A DNA stretch of 64,000 nt from Marsupella aquatica (Eukaryota; Plantae; Marchantiophyta): the NCBI GenBank assembly GCA_973895155.1, contig OZ316893.1, positions 9,425,839 to 9,489,838 of the forward strand, in the 5' to 3' direction. The notes under the pieces are model-generated. The model searched no databases. It was not told the origin of the DNA and saw only the letters and a program-made list of their open reading frames with translations. Of this stretch, positions 63,929 to 64,000 are shown in pieces (the stretch's first letter is position 1; every line of letters starts with the position of its first letter). Both the position numbers and the translations under genes were made by a program.

Positions 63929-64000
63929 CTGTGAAGCAAAAGACATTAGTGTCTGTATATTCGACACCCATCCGGACTTAAAAATAAAAAGTAACATACA

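Overview
Eukaryotic land-plant genomic DNA, most consistent with a bryophyte (liverwort-like; inferred, not proven). Four host genes are recognisable: an intronless membrane steroid-binding/cytochrome-b5-like gene (20300-20875, +), a c-Myc-binding protein (AMY-1/MYCBP) homolog (22684-24900, -), a DUF707 gene (30791-36430, -) and the mitochondrial processing peptidase alpha subunit (54950-59908, -). The first ~20 kb is a nest of degenerate transposons: a Helitron 3' remnant, a Copia element, a CACTA/En-Spm element (A), a second CACTA element (B) and a MITE. The most notable observation is chromatin-related cargo in CACTA or CACTA-like sequence. Element A has a SET-domain exon inside the first coding intron of its transposase gene, spliceable in frame to transposase exon 1, and its non-coding parts carry dense GACGTTAA-type motif clusters. 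The region assigned to element B carries an EDM2/NSD-type tandem PHD exon. The right end of the window holds a degenerate N4-cytosine/N6-adenine methyltransferase-like gene with TAGCGA palindromes. The SET, transposase and methyltransferase-like copies are pseudogenised, while the PHD exon is open as far as visible. All domain calls come from motifs read by eye and need profile searches.
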